Virus record (IMG/VR): IMGVR_UViG_3300017780_002673
Span: 1-43,747 of that record
Length of the DNA: 43,747 bases
Reading direction: 5' to 3' (one strand)
Origin: a virus
Lineage: Duplodnaviria; Caudoviricetes
Part shown: piece after piece, positions 26,877 to 35,916 of the stretch
Numbering within the stretch: the stretch's first letter is position 1
How the letters are laid out: each line of letters begins with the position of its first letter
Translations under genes and position numbers: made by a program
Notes under the pieces: generated by a model
Database searches by the model: none
The model's input: the letters and a program-made list of their open reading frames with translations, nothing else
Told to the model about the DNA's origin: nothing

Positions 26877-28748
26877 ATGGCTACAATCAGGCACACCACT
26901 TCATCGAACGCCAACTTCGGGCCATTGGGGGCCGCGGCATGGGATGCTGATCACGCGGTCAGCATTTCCCTGGCCGACGTGACCAGCCTGCCGGAAGAAT
27001 TGGCTGCGCTGTCTGCGGCGCACCAGTCGCTAGTTGATCGTGTGTCTGCGAACTCAGGAACTGGCGGCGGCGGCGGTTCGGTAACTTCGCTGGAACTGAA
27101 CGCAGTATCGGTTGCGGCGCAGAGTGGAATTAACACGGTATCGAACGCGCTGAGTGCTGCGATTGTTGACCGAGTAAGTGCCGATGGCGTGCTGTCAGCC
27201 GCAGTAACTACGGTGAGCAACGCGGTAAGTGCTGAAACTGTGAACCGTGTCAGCGCAGACGGCGCGCTTTCTGTTCGGCTGGATTCTGTGGTAAACAGGG
27301 TGTCCGCCAACAGCGGCGTAGGTGGCGGCGGCTCTGTAACGTCGGCGGAAGTGGTTGATGCGGTTTCAGTGGAAGCGGCGAACCGGACTAGCGCCGATGG
27401 TGTATTGTCTGCCGCAGTTACGACTGTCAGCAATGCTGTCAGCGCGGAAATCGTGAACCGGACGAGTGCGGATGGTGTGTTGTCCGCTGCGATCACAACT
27501 GTCAGCAACGCAGTATCAGCAGAGATTGCGAACCGTATCAGTGCGGTGAACGTCGTATCGCAAGCACTATCAGCATTGTCTAACGCAAACAGTGCTGCTC
27601 ACGTTTCGATTGATGGCCGAGTGACATCGGTTGCGAACGCGGTATCTGTGCTGTCGCAAGCGCTGTCAGCACTGTCTAATGCGAACAGTGCCGCGCATGT
27701 ATCCATCGACGGGCGGGTAACGTCGGTATTCAATGCCGTGTCCGCCTTATCACAGACGAACAGCGTCGATCATGCCGCGCTATCCGCAAGACTGGATTCT
27801 GTAGTTAATCGCGTGTCTGGTAACTCCGGTGTTGGCGGCGGCGGGTCAGTAACCAGCGCGGAAGTTTTCAACGCCATCAGTTCATTGGCTGACCGTGTAT
27901 CCGCCAATAGCGGAACTGGCGGTGCTGGAAGTGTTACGTCTAACGAATTGTCTGCGGCTGCGTTCGGACTATCGACGCGGCTGGATTCCGTGTTTGTGGT
28001 GGTCAATAACCTGAGTGGCAACGCCGATAGCATTGCGGCGAACCTGTCCGATCTGCGCTCCGACCACGGTGTGTTGTCAGACAAGGCAAGTAATTTGTTG
28101 TCTGGATTGATTGCGCTGTCCGGTCGAGTGGATACGTTGAGTGCTGCTGTCGGTGCAGTATCGAACTACGCATCGGTTGCCAGCAACGCCGCGTCGGTTG
28201 CTGCAAATGCTGCGTCTGTGGCATCGAACGCTGCGTCGGTAGCGGTTCAGGCCGCATCGGTTGCGTCTGCCGCTGCTGCCGCAGTTTCCCCGCCACAGAT
28301 CAGGATTGTGTCTAATGTCCAGTCTGTTGCCGGTTCTGCGCTGGTGGATATTAGCGGCTTGGTGCTGACGGTTGCCGCAGACCAGACTTGGGAAATTATG
28401 GGGATGCTGGCGTTTTCAACGTCTGCCACGACTGTTGGTTTGCGTGCCGGTTACTCAGTTCCGCCGTTGTCCACGCCACGCTTCGGTGCATTCACACGAT
28501 TCTCTGGCGGTCAGTCAGCAGGTTTTGCTGGTGGCGCTGGTCAGCTTCAGGTATCTGGAGCGTCAATATTTATGTCGATCACTGGCGCCGGCCCTGCTGG
28601 TGGCGTTTATGTGGTCAATTTCCAGCACGTTATGAACGTAGCAAGCGCGGGAACCGTTCGACTGATGTATGCCGGTATCGCGTCAACGACGGCAAGCCCG
28701 ATTCACTTAATGCCTGGTTCTTATTTGAAAGCCATCCGACTTAAATGA
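26877..28748 (+). CDS. Ser/Ala/Val-rich repeat fibre protein with C-terminal globular domain
   Basis: RVS(A/G)NSGxGG(G/A)GSVTS x4, VSNAVSAE repeats, SVASNAA heptads; beta-rich last ~150 aa. Confidence 0.8.
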   Translation: MATIRHTTSSNANFGPLGAAAWDADHAVSISLADVTSLPEELAALSAAHQSLVDRVSANSGTGGGGGSVTSLELNAVSVAAQSGINTVSNALSAAIVDRVSADGVLSAAVTTVSNAVSAETVNRVSADGALSVRLDSVVNRVSANSGVGGGGSVTSAEVVDAVSVEAANRTSADGVLSAAVTTVSNAVSAEIVNRTSADGVLSAAITTVSNAVSAEIANRISAVNVVSQALSALSNANSAAHVSIDGRVTSVANAVSVLSQALSALSNANSAAHVSIDGRVTSVFNAVSALSQTNSVDHAALSARLDSVVNRVSGNSGVGGGGSVTSAEVFNAISSLADRVSANSGTGGAGSVTSNELSAAAFGLSTRLDSVFVVVNNLSGNADSIAANLSDLRSDHGVLSDKASNLLSGLIALSGRVDTLSAAVGAVSNYASVASNAASVAANAASVASNAASVAVQAASVASAAAAAVSPPQIRIVSNVQSVAGSALVDISGLVLTVAADQTWEIMGMLAFSTSATTVGLRAGYSVPPLSTPRFGAFTRFSGGQSAGFAGGAGQLQVSGASIFMSITGAGPAGGVYVVNFQHVMNVASAGTVRLMYAGIASTTASPIHLMPGSYLKAIRLK

Positions 28749-31459
28749 AAAAAGCTACCGCACGCCTTTCAGCGCGTTCGACAAACATTGATTTTGACGC
28801 AGTTTACGGGACTGGTTATTGCATACCGCTTTGGCTGCGCGATGAACAGGTCAAACTGTCAATAAAGAAAGTCAAAGGCCGCGTGCAGCATTACGACGGT
28901 AAGCGTGAAGATCCGATTGCCATCGTCGGTTACGGCCCTAGCCTGAAAAAGACGTGGGAGCATTTAAAGGATTTCAAATACATCATTACCACGTCGGGAG
29001 CGCACAAATTCCTGATTGAGAAAGGCATCGTCCCGACATGGCATCTGGACGTTGACCCGCGTGACCACAAAATTAAGATGCTTGGTGATATTCACCCTGA
29101 CGTGACGTATCTGCCATGCTCTACCGTTCACCCTGGATACATCGACACGCTGATTGCCGCGAACGCCAAAATTGAACTGTGGCACTGTTTCTCAAACGAT
29201 GCCGAAGCATTGCGCGTGCTGCCGCAGGGGGAATACTCACTCACTGGCGGCTGCGATGCCGGTATGCGTGCAATGTCTGTGGCGAGATTTATGGGTTTCG
29301 TGAATCAGCATGTGTTCGGCATGGACGGTTGCGCCGAGAACGAATACGCGCACGCGGACAAGCATACGAATCCGTTGAAGCAGTTTTTTGATCTGGAGTA
29401 TCCGAAAGGTTCAGGGAGATTTTTCAGGACATCGCCAAACTTGAAGGAGGTTGCAAAAACCGTCCCTCACGAAGTCGATATGCTGAAATTATCAAGTGTT
29501 AAATTTTATGGGGAGGGACTCGTGCAAGCCATGATGCAAAATCACCAAATGAAAGCCCCGAAAGAATCGAACATTGCGTTCCTGAAGCCGACGTTGATCA
29601 GCGACACCTACCGGCAGATGAACCAGAAACTGCATGACGAGATGGGGCATTTTGGTGCCGGTGGCTACAAGCACGCAGAGGTGGTTCTGAAGCTGTCCGA
29701 GAAACTGAAGACGACATCGGTGCTCGACTATGGCTGCGGTAAAGGCACCTTGGCCAAGAATCTGCCATTCCCTATCTGGGAGTATGACCCGGCCATTTCG
29801 GGCAAAGATATGTCGCCGCGTCCGGCAGACATCGTTGTATGCACCGACGTGCTGGAGCACATTGAGCCTGAGATGCTTGGCGACGTGCTGGCCAATTTGG
29901 CGTCGCTGACACAGAAGGTCGGGTATTTCGTAATAAGCACGCGACCGGCAAAAAAGGTTTTGCCGGATGGTCGCAACGCGCACCTGATCCAAGAGGGCAA
30001 GGACTGGTGGGGCAAGACGCTGGAAGGGTTCTTTGACATTGGCCAGTTGTTTGAGAAGGGCGACGAGGTTCACGCCGTCGTTGGCCCCCGCACCAAGAAA
30101 GTAAAAGTCGAGGCACCGCAAGCGGCCGTCACTGTATTTGAGCACGCCGGCACCAAGGTCAAATTCCACACACCAAACAAGCAGACGGCATGGCGCGCCA
30201 ACACCTTGGCGACCAAGGAGCCGGTGACGCTGGAGTGGATCGACACGTTTGAGAAGGGCGAAGTCCTGTGGGACATCGGCGCCAACGTCGGCGGATACAC
30301 CGTGCTGGCGGCGGCCCACCGTGGCGCAAAGGTCTACGCTTTTGAGCCCGAGGCCAGCAACTACGCGATCCTGTGCCAGAACATCACCCTGAACAAGCTG
30401 GACGCAACGGCTTACTGTCTGGCCATTGCTAGTGGAAACCCCGAAGTATCAACCATTTATCTGTCCACTCAAGACGCTGGCGGGTCTTGTAATTCCTATG
30501 GCCAAGAGGTCGGCTTCGACCTGCAGCCACGCCCAGGCATCAAGCAGGGCTGCCTTGGCATGTCAATCGACACGCTGATTGAGATGGGCATCCCGGCGCC
30601 TGATCACATCAAGATCGACGTGGACGGGTTTGAGCACCGCATCATTGCCGGCGCTGTCAAGGCACTGGCATCCGGGAAGGTTAAGAGTTTGTTGATTGAA
30701 GTCAACGAGAATCTGCCAGATCACCAAGAGATGCTGAAGAATCTGCAGACTTGCGGGTATGAGTTTGACACTGCGCAGATTGACGCAGCACGCCGCAAGG
30801 ACGGAACCTTCAAGGGCTGCGCGGAATATGTGCTGCGCCGGCCGGCGCCGGTCAACCCGGTCAAGGAGTATGTGCTGCAGCAGATCGAAGCGGCCGAGGT
30901 AATCATGGAACCGTATCCGCACATCTACATCGAAAACGCCCTGCCGCCGGAGTTCTTGGCGCAGGTGACACCGGCCGACGGCGCGGGGTATAAGTCTCTG
31001 CAGGAGGCACGCGGCACCGCTGGCTACCCTGATCGTAGCGTAAAGGATGCACCGGACTGCACGGCCTGGATGCGCGATGGCGACCTGCGCCGGGCGTTTG
31101 ACCGCAAGTTCGGCGTCAAGGCCGCCAGCGACGAAACCGTGATGCTGCGCGACGGCCCCGGCTACCACATCGGGCCGCACACCGACACGGCACGCAAAGT
31201 CGTCACTGCCCTGTTTTACGTCACCAAGGATTGGACCGAAGCGGAACATGGCACCACGGTGTATGAGCCGCTGACTGCAGGATTTACGGACCCCGCTGGC
31301 CGGCACCATGCCCGAGAAGGCTTCAAGGTCAAGTGGACGGCGCCAGGCAAGCCCGGTTCGATGCTGGCGTTCGCGCGCTGCGACAATAGTTTCCATGGCG
31401 CGGAACCTTACACCGGGAAGGCCACCCGAGACATCCTGTTGTTTGACACCAGAAGCTAA
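28745..31459 (+). CDS. Four-domain enzyme: Maf/DUF115-like transferase + class I MTase + FkbM MTase + 2OG-Fe(II) oxygenase
   Basis: AIVGYGPSL, GIVPTWHLDVDP, FGMDG; VLDYGCGKG, TDVLEHI; WDIGANVG, AFEP, IKIDVDGFE; PHTD...SFHG...R. Confidence 0.85.
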   Translation: MKKATARLSARSTNIDFDAVYGTGYCIPLWLRDEQVKLSIKKVKGRVQHYDGKREDPIAIVGYGPSLKKTWEHLKDFKYIITTSGAHKFLIEKGIVPTWHLDVDPRDHKIKMLGDIHPDVTYLPCSTVHPGYIDTLIAANAKIELWHCFSNDAEALRVLPQGEYSLTGGCDAGMRAMSVARFMGFVNQHVFGMDGCAENEYAHADKHTNPLKQFFDLEYPKGSGRFFRTSPNLKEVAKTVPHEVDMLKLSSVKFYGEGLVQAMMQNHQMKAPKESNIAFLKPTLISDTYRQMNQKLHDEMGHFGAGGYKHAEVVLKLSEKLKTTSVLDYGCGKGTLAKNLPFPIWEYDPAISGKDMSPRPADIVVCTDVLEHIEPEMLGDVLANLASLTQKVGYFVISTRPAKKVLPDGRNAHLIQEGKDWWGKTLEGFFDIGQLFEKGDEVHAVVGPRTKKVKVEAPQAAVTVFEHAGTKVKFHTPNKQTAWRANTLATKEPVTLEWIDTFEKGEVLWDIGANVGGYTVLAAAHRGAKVYAFEPEASNYAILCQNITLNKLDATAYCLAIASGNPEVSTIYLSTQDAGGSCNSYGQEVGFDLQPRPGIKQGCLGMSIDTLIEMGIPAPDHIKIDVDGFEHRIIAGAVKALASGKVKSLLIEVNENLPDHQEMLKNLQTCGYEFDTAQIDAARRKDGTFKGCAEYVLRRPAPVNPVKEYVLQQIEAAEVIMEPYPHIYIENALPPEFLAQVTPADGAGYKSLQEARGTAGYPDRSVKDAPDCTAWMRDGDLRRAFDRKFGVKAASDETVMLRDGPGYHIGPHTDTARKVVTALFYVTKDWTEAEHGTTVYEPLTAGFTDPAGRHHAREGFKVKWTAPGKPGSMLAFARCDNSFHGAEPYTGKATRDILLFDTRS

Positions 31460-31464
31460 CGGCT

Positions 31465-31728
31465 ATGGCCCGAATTGAATTTTTTGACGGGCTATTCTTT
31501 GACGGAGAATACTTCGACCAGTTCTGCTATGACGAAAGTTTCTTCGACGGAAGGTTCTTTGACGGCGCGTTCTTTGACATCCAGTGTACGATCCCGGTGG
31601 TGCCAGAGGAACCGGCAGGGCCGCCACCGATCACGTACTGGGACGTCATGCTGGTTGGCTCCCGCACGCCAATACAGAAAAAGCAACGGAAACAAGAACT
31701 TGAAACAATGTTCCTGCTCTTAGGGTAA
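31465..31728 (+). CDS. Small protein with FFDGx pentapeptide repeats
   Basis: FFDGL-FFDGE-YFDQF-CYDES-FFDGR-FFDGA-FFDIQ. Confidence 0.7.
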   Translation: MARIEFFDGLFFDGEYFDQFCYDESFFDGRFFDGAFFDIQCTIPVVPEEPAGPPPITYWDVMLVGSRTPIQKKQRKQELETMFLLLG

Positions 31729-31750
31729 ACTGGATTATAGGGGATTAAAA

Positions 31751-33733
31751 ATGACTGTCAGTTCAACAACCAATCGAAAAACATTTGCCGGCAATGGCGT
31801 GACGACCAGCTTCGCCACGTCGCCAGTGGTCTTCTTTGACACCAGTGACCTTGTGCTCACGGTTGTCACGGACTCGACCGGCGCGTCCGAAACGCTGATG
31901 GAGAATACGGATTACACCGTCACTGGCGGCGCGGGCACGACTGGCACGGTCAGCCTGGCGGGCGGCTCCAGCCCCTACGGCGCACCGGCCGCTGGCACCA
32001 CGCTGGTTATCCGCCGTGTCTTGCCGCTGACGCAAGACGATGATTTCCTGAACAACGACATCAACGACGCGGAAGTGCTGGAAGACCGGCTGGATCGGTT
32101 GACCATGATCGACCAACAAATTGATGAAGAAACCGGCCGCTCACTGAAAGTGCCATCGTCCGAAGGGGAACAGACCGACATTGTTGTTGCAGGCAAGGCG
32201 GGTTATTATTTGCGGCGCAATGTTGCCGGCACGGCGTTTGAACTGGCGGTCGGTGACGCCAACACCAGCACGTTTACACAATCAGGAACTGGCGCTGTTG
32301 AACGCAGCGTTACCGCAAAACTTGGCGAGAGTGTCAGCGTCAAAGACTTTGGTGCGGTATGCGATGGAGTCACTGACGATGCCGCTGAGTTTGCGGCAGC
32401 AGTTTCCTCGCTTGCAGTGAGTGGCGGCATCGTGCAAATCCCGCAGGGAGCCATGTATGCGGCGTCTGGATTGTCAGTCCCAGCGCCAGTAAACATCAAG
32501 GGGCAGGGGCCAGCACACCATGCCTTTTATGACGCTGGCGACGAGGCAGGAACTACAATTCTGATTACCGGCGCGGCATCGGGGCATTGCCTTACTCTCG
32601 GCGGGAACCAAGGCGCACAAGGGAATATGTCTGTCGAGGACATTTCAATTTATTCCGCTGGCTCCGCTGCGGTTGCAAGCGTTGTGCGTTTGGCCGGTGT
32701 TCTTCATCCGTATATGAAAAACGTGGAGATCGACAAGCTAGACAACACAAACGGGATTGGCTTACACCTTACCAAAGATACGGACGGCAATCTGACGCTA
32801 TACGGTGATTTCATTAATTTAAAAATTGGTGGGATTGATACCGCACTTCAGATAACGAACGATCAAAACACCAATAGCTTCCACGGCGGTTCCATCGGCG
32901 GCAGGGTTCGTGCATTCCTGATTGAAGGGCCGATTACAGACCCGCTTGGCACGCTATTCAACGGCACCTCGTTTGAGGGCACCTATTCGACCGCGATGGA
33001 GCACGAATGGGTAGCGGCGGGGGAGCATGTCTACGGCGTTGCACGAAATACTGCCGGTTACTACGTCGTTAAGCTCGGTAAATTAACGGGCGGCAACAGT
33101 ACTACGTTTAACGGCTGCTATTTTGAAATTGGCGGAACTCCTGCGACCTACAACGACGGCGTTCACGGCGTAGCATCTCTGTATCCGGTTATTGAAGTTG
33201 GAACTGGAGCAAAAAACACGCAGTTTATTAACTGTTCTTGGAACTGCTATCTACTTGACAGAGGATTAAGAACAAGAGCAGACGGGTTTCAAGCGATTCC
33301 TGACTACTGGACAAAGCAACCTCCGGTGTCTGTGCGTCGGTCATCCGTAGCGACGGCTATCGGTGCAACTTCATTTACCGCAATCCCGTTTGCTTCTGCT
33401 CTAGCCGAAGATACCAACTCTTTTTATTGGGACTCCGGCAATACTAGGTTGGAAGTTCTTATTGATGGTTTTTATGAGATTAATGTTCAAGTTGTTACGG
33501 AGAATTGGGCTGCGGCGCAAGCGTGGGGGTATCTGCGCATAACGGCCGGCGGACAAATCTTTCAAGGCCCAAATCAACCACCAGATGCTGGCGGAAACCT
33601 GATTGGGTTTACCTGCCACGCCGCGCTTTACATGCAAACAGGTGACTCAATAAAGGTTGAGGCTTTTATGGGAGAGGCCGTTGATGTTGTTGCGGACGTT
33701 ACCTACAACCGATTGACAGTAAAAAAATTGTAA
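31751..33733 (+). CDS. Tailspike or tail fibre: T7 gp17-like N-terminal anchor, pectate-lyase-like beta-helix, C1q-like C-terminus
   Basis: FAGNGVTTSF...DYTVTG...LEDRLDRLTMI; VSVKDFGAVCDGVTDD; AT-richer distal half. Confidence 0.88.
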   Translation: MTVSSTTNRKTFAGNGVTTSFATSPVVFFDTSDLVLTVVTDSTGASETLMENTDYTVTGGAGTTGTVSLAGGSSPYGAPAAGTTLVIRRVLPLTQDDDFLNNDINDAEVLEDRLDRLTMIDQQIDEETGRSLKVPSSEGEQTDIVVAGKAGYYLRRNVAGTAFELAVGDANTSTFTQSGTGAVERSVTAKLGESVSVKDFGAVCDGVTDDAAEFAAAVSSLAVSGGIVQIPQGAMYAASGLSVPAPVNIKGQGPAHHAFYDAGDEAGTTILITGAASGHCLTLGGNQGAQGNMSVEDISIYSAGSAAVASVVRLAGVLHPYMKNVEIDKLDNTNGIGLHLTKDTDGNLTLYGDFINLKIGGIDTALQITNDQNTNSFHGGSIGGRVRAFLIEGPITDPLGTLFNGTSFEGTYSTAMEHEWVAAGEHVYGVARNTAGYYVVKLGKLTGGNSTTFNGCYFEIGGTPATYNDGVHGVASLYPVIEVGTGAKNTQFINCSWNCYLLDRGLRTRADGFQAIPDYWTKQPPVSVRRSSVATAIGATSFTAIPFASALAEDTNSFYWDSGNTRLEVLIDGFYEINVQVVTENWAAAQAWGYLRITAGGQIFQGPNQPPDAGGNLIGFTCHAALYMQTGDSIKVEAFMGEAVDVVADVTYNRLTVKKL

Positions 33734-33743
33734 ACATCAAAAC

Positions 33744-33947
33744 ATGACAAGGGGCGACAAGATGGTTCAGCAAGGGGATCAAGTAAAACACCTGGCCGAC
33801 GCAGCAGCGTACGGCACTGTATTCGCTGCTTGGCTGGGGGTATTCTCCACCGTGCTGACCATCATCGCCACGATTGCCGCCATCATCTGGACGGTCATTC
33901 GTATCTACGAAACGCAGACTGTTCAGAACTGGCTGAATGGGAAATGA
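33744..33947 (+). CDS. Probable holin
   Basis: Two hydrophobic segments, IIWTVIRIYETQTVQ tail; first gene of lysis cluster. Confidence 0.7.
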   Translation: MTRGDKMVQQGDQVKHLADAAAYGTVFAAWLGVFSTVLTIIATIAAIIWTVIRIYETQTVQNWLNGK

Positions 33948-34285
33948 AATTTGACGAGAGTGGCCTGCGCGCGGGTTACTGCTTTCTCAAAAAGATTGCG
34001 TTCAACAATGACCGCCGCCTGCCCTCGGTCAACAAGATGGTGTTTGTGGCCAAGGCGCTCAAAGCCCATGGCTACCACGGCAAGGCTGGCGACAATCACT
34101 GTATCTGGGTAGACACCACCGACACGAAATCACTGGACATGCTGCTTCGCATCCTGGCGCATGAGATGCTGCACGCAGCCCTTGGCCACGATCAAGTCCC
34201 GAACAAATACGCGCACGACACCGACTTCAAAGAAGCCGCCCGTGCCATTGAGATTGAAATGGGCTGGCCAAGGGGGAGTGTATGA
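33944..34285 (+). CDS. SprT-like zinc metallopeptidase-domain protein
   Basis: ILAHEMLHAAL...AHDTDF; ATG 33944 overlaps the holin stop. Confidence 0.7.
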   Translation: MKFDESGLRAGYCFLKKIAFNNDRRLPSVNKMVFVAKALKAHGYHGKAGDNHCIWVDTTDTKSLDMLLRILAHEMLHAALGHDQVPNKYAHDTDFKEAARAIEIEMGWPRGSV

Positions 34286-34581
34286 AAACCATCGTGCAAG
34301 GACTTATCGCTGTCGGGTTACTGTTCATCTGGGCCGGGCTGTACGCAGCACCCATCGCCGTGGCCAATGCGCCGGGCGTCACGGTCACGCTGTTTGACGA
34401 GAAGTGCCGGCTGCCGGCGGTGACGAACCTGCCGCTGCGGGCAACGTGGACGCAGAACGGCAAGACAAACGAGGGTTGCTTCGGCGGCTTTACAGAAGCC
34501 GGTGCCATCGGTCTGTACTTCGATGACGGCACTGTGTCGGTGATCCCGGCGCAGGCCATTAAGTCTTTGGTGACGTTGTGA
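34282..34581 (+). CDS. Secreted or membrane-anchored hypothetical protein
   Basis: N-terminal signal-like segment; two Cys. Confidence 0.7.
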   Translation: MKTIVQGLIAVGLLFIWAGLYAAPIAVANAPGVTVTLFDEKCRLPAVTNLPLRATWTQNGKTNEGCFGGFTEAGAIGLYFDDGTVSVIPAQAIKSLVTL

Positions 34582-34937
34582 CCCCACATTTCAAACGTGA
34601 AGAACTGGCCTGCAAGTGTGGTTGCGGTATGCTGCCAAAGCAGGATTTCATGGATCGGGTGGAAGCCTTGCGCAAGGCTGTTGGCTTTGCGTTGCCCGTG
34701 ACTTCGGCTGCGCGATGCCCCGACTACAACGCCAAGGTATCCGGCACAGGGCGCACCGGTCCGCACACAACGGGCCGCGCCATCGACTTTGGTGTGTCGC
34801 ACAGCCAAGCCTACATGGTGCTGTCTGCGGCGCTGCTGGCCGGTTTCACTGGCATCGGCGTGCAGCAGAAGGGCGGCGGACGTTTTATCCATCTGGACGA
34901 CCTGCAGGTAGGTCGCCCGACTGTCTGGAGTTATTAG
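34578..34937 (+). CDS. Endolysin, peptidase M15A family
   Basis: HFKREELACKCGCG, SAARCPDYN, HTTGRAIDF, FIHLD. Confidence 0.9.
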   Translation: MTPHFKREELACKCGCGMLPKQDFMDRVEALRKAVGFALPVTSAARCPDYNAKVSGTGRTGPHTTGRAIDFGVSHSQAYMVLSAALLAGFTGIGVQQKGGGRFIHLDDLQVGRPTVWSY

Positions 34938-34938
34938 T

Positions 34939-35340
34939 ATGAACCCGTTACTCTTAGGCCCGCTGTTTGAACTGGGCAAAGGCATCATCGACCGCATCTT
35001 CCCGGATCCTGCGCAAAAGGCAGCGGCTGAACTGGAACTGATGAAGATGACCCAGGATGGCGATCTGAAGCAGATCATGGGTCAGCTGGAGATCAATGCG
35101 CGCGAGGCGCAGCACGCTTCCGTGTTCGTTGCCGGCTGGCGGCCGTTCTTTGGCTGGGCGGGCGGCGCGGGCTTTGTCTACGCCACGTTACTGCAGCCGG
35201 TCTTGGCTTGGGTCGGTGCGGTCAAGGGTTGGCCAGCGCCACCCGAAGTCAACATCGACCTGCTGTGGGTCGTTGTGACCGGTCTGCTCGGCCTCGGCAC
35301 CCTGCGCTCCGTGGATAAAGCCAAGGGTGTCACCAAGTGA
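34939..35340 (+). CDS. Holin of the 3TM / GTA-holin type
   Basis: IDRIFPDP, EAQHASVFVAGWRPFFGW, GLLGLGTLRSVDKAKG. Confidence 0.88.
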   Translation: MNPLLLGPLFELGKGIIDRIFPDPAQKAAAELELMKMTQDGDLKQIMGQLEINAREAQHASVFVAGWRPFFGWAGGAGFVYATLLQPVLAWVGAVKGWPAPPEVNIDLLWVVVTGLLGLGTLRSVDKAKGVTK

Positions 35341-35495
35341 CACCTTGGGAACTGCTGATCGCCGCCGGTCTGTATCTGTCGGTGGCGGTGCGCTACGGCA
35401 AGGCGGGTGATCCGGGCATGGCCATGGCGTGGGCTGCGTACGCCGTGGCCAACATTGGGTTCATTTGGGCGGCTGTTCGGCCCGCAGTCCGCTAG
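35337..35495 (+). CDS. Small two-helix membrane protein, 52 aa; last + strand gene
   Basis: Manual translation VTPWELLIAAGLYLSVAV...; GTGA overlap. Confidence 0.6.
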   Translation: MTPWELLIAAGLYLSVAVRYGKAGDPGMAMAWAAYAVANIGFIWAAVRPAVR

Positions 35496-35916
35496 GCTCA
35501 AATACGACAACGGCGGACGGGAACGGCGCGCTGTTCTTGCTGCCGCCAAACTTCAAGCGGCCCCGCACAAACTGGTGTCTGCCTTTCTCGCAGTAGTCAT
35601 GCCACCAAGCGGTGTCGGTGCGCGCGGGCAGCAAGCACACAACGGTTGCGCCCTTCTGCGCTGACTCGTAAGCCTTGTGAACCCACTTGCCGATTGTGCG
35701 ACCGTACGGCGGGTTCATCCACACAACTCCGGTCCACTCTTGCTTCAGCCCGTCGTCAGCTTCCGTAAAGAACCGCGCGCACTTGGCGTTCTCTGCTGTG
35801 GCGCAAACGTCAAGGTCAAAGCCGTATTGCAAATTCAGTTTATCGAAGAAGTCCTGCGGCGTAGCCCATTCAGGAGTTGCGCTCGACATCATCCCCGCCA
35901 TTTGTTTTGGAGTCAT
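35461..35916 (-). CDS. dam: Phage DNA N6-adenine methyltransferase (Dam-like)
   Basis: EWATPQ, FDLDVCA, VWMNPPYG, LLPARTDTAWW, GRLKFG. Confidence 0.92.
   Translation of the reverse strand: MTPKQMAGMMSSATPEWATPQDFFDKLNLQYGFDLDVCATAENAKCARFFTEADDGLKQEWTGVVWMNPPYGRTIGKWVHKAYESAQKGATVVCLLPARTDTAWWHDYCEKGRHQFVRGRLKFGGSKNSAPFPSAVVVFEPSGLRAEQPPK

Noticed and set aside
31751-35495. BPP-1-type diversity-generating retroelement
   Set aside because: No reverse transcriptase, and no template/variable repeat pair near the tail gene
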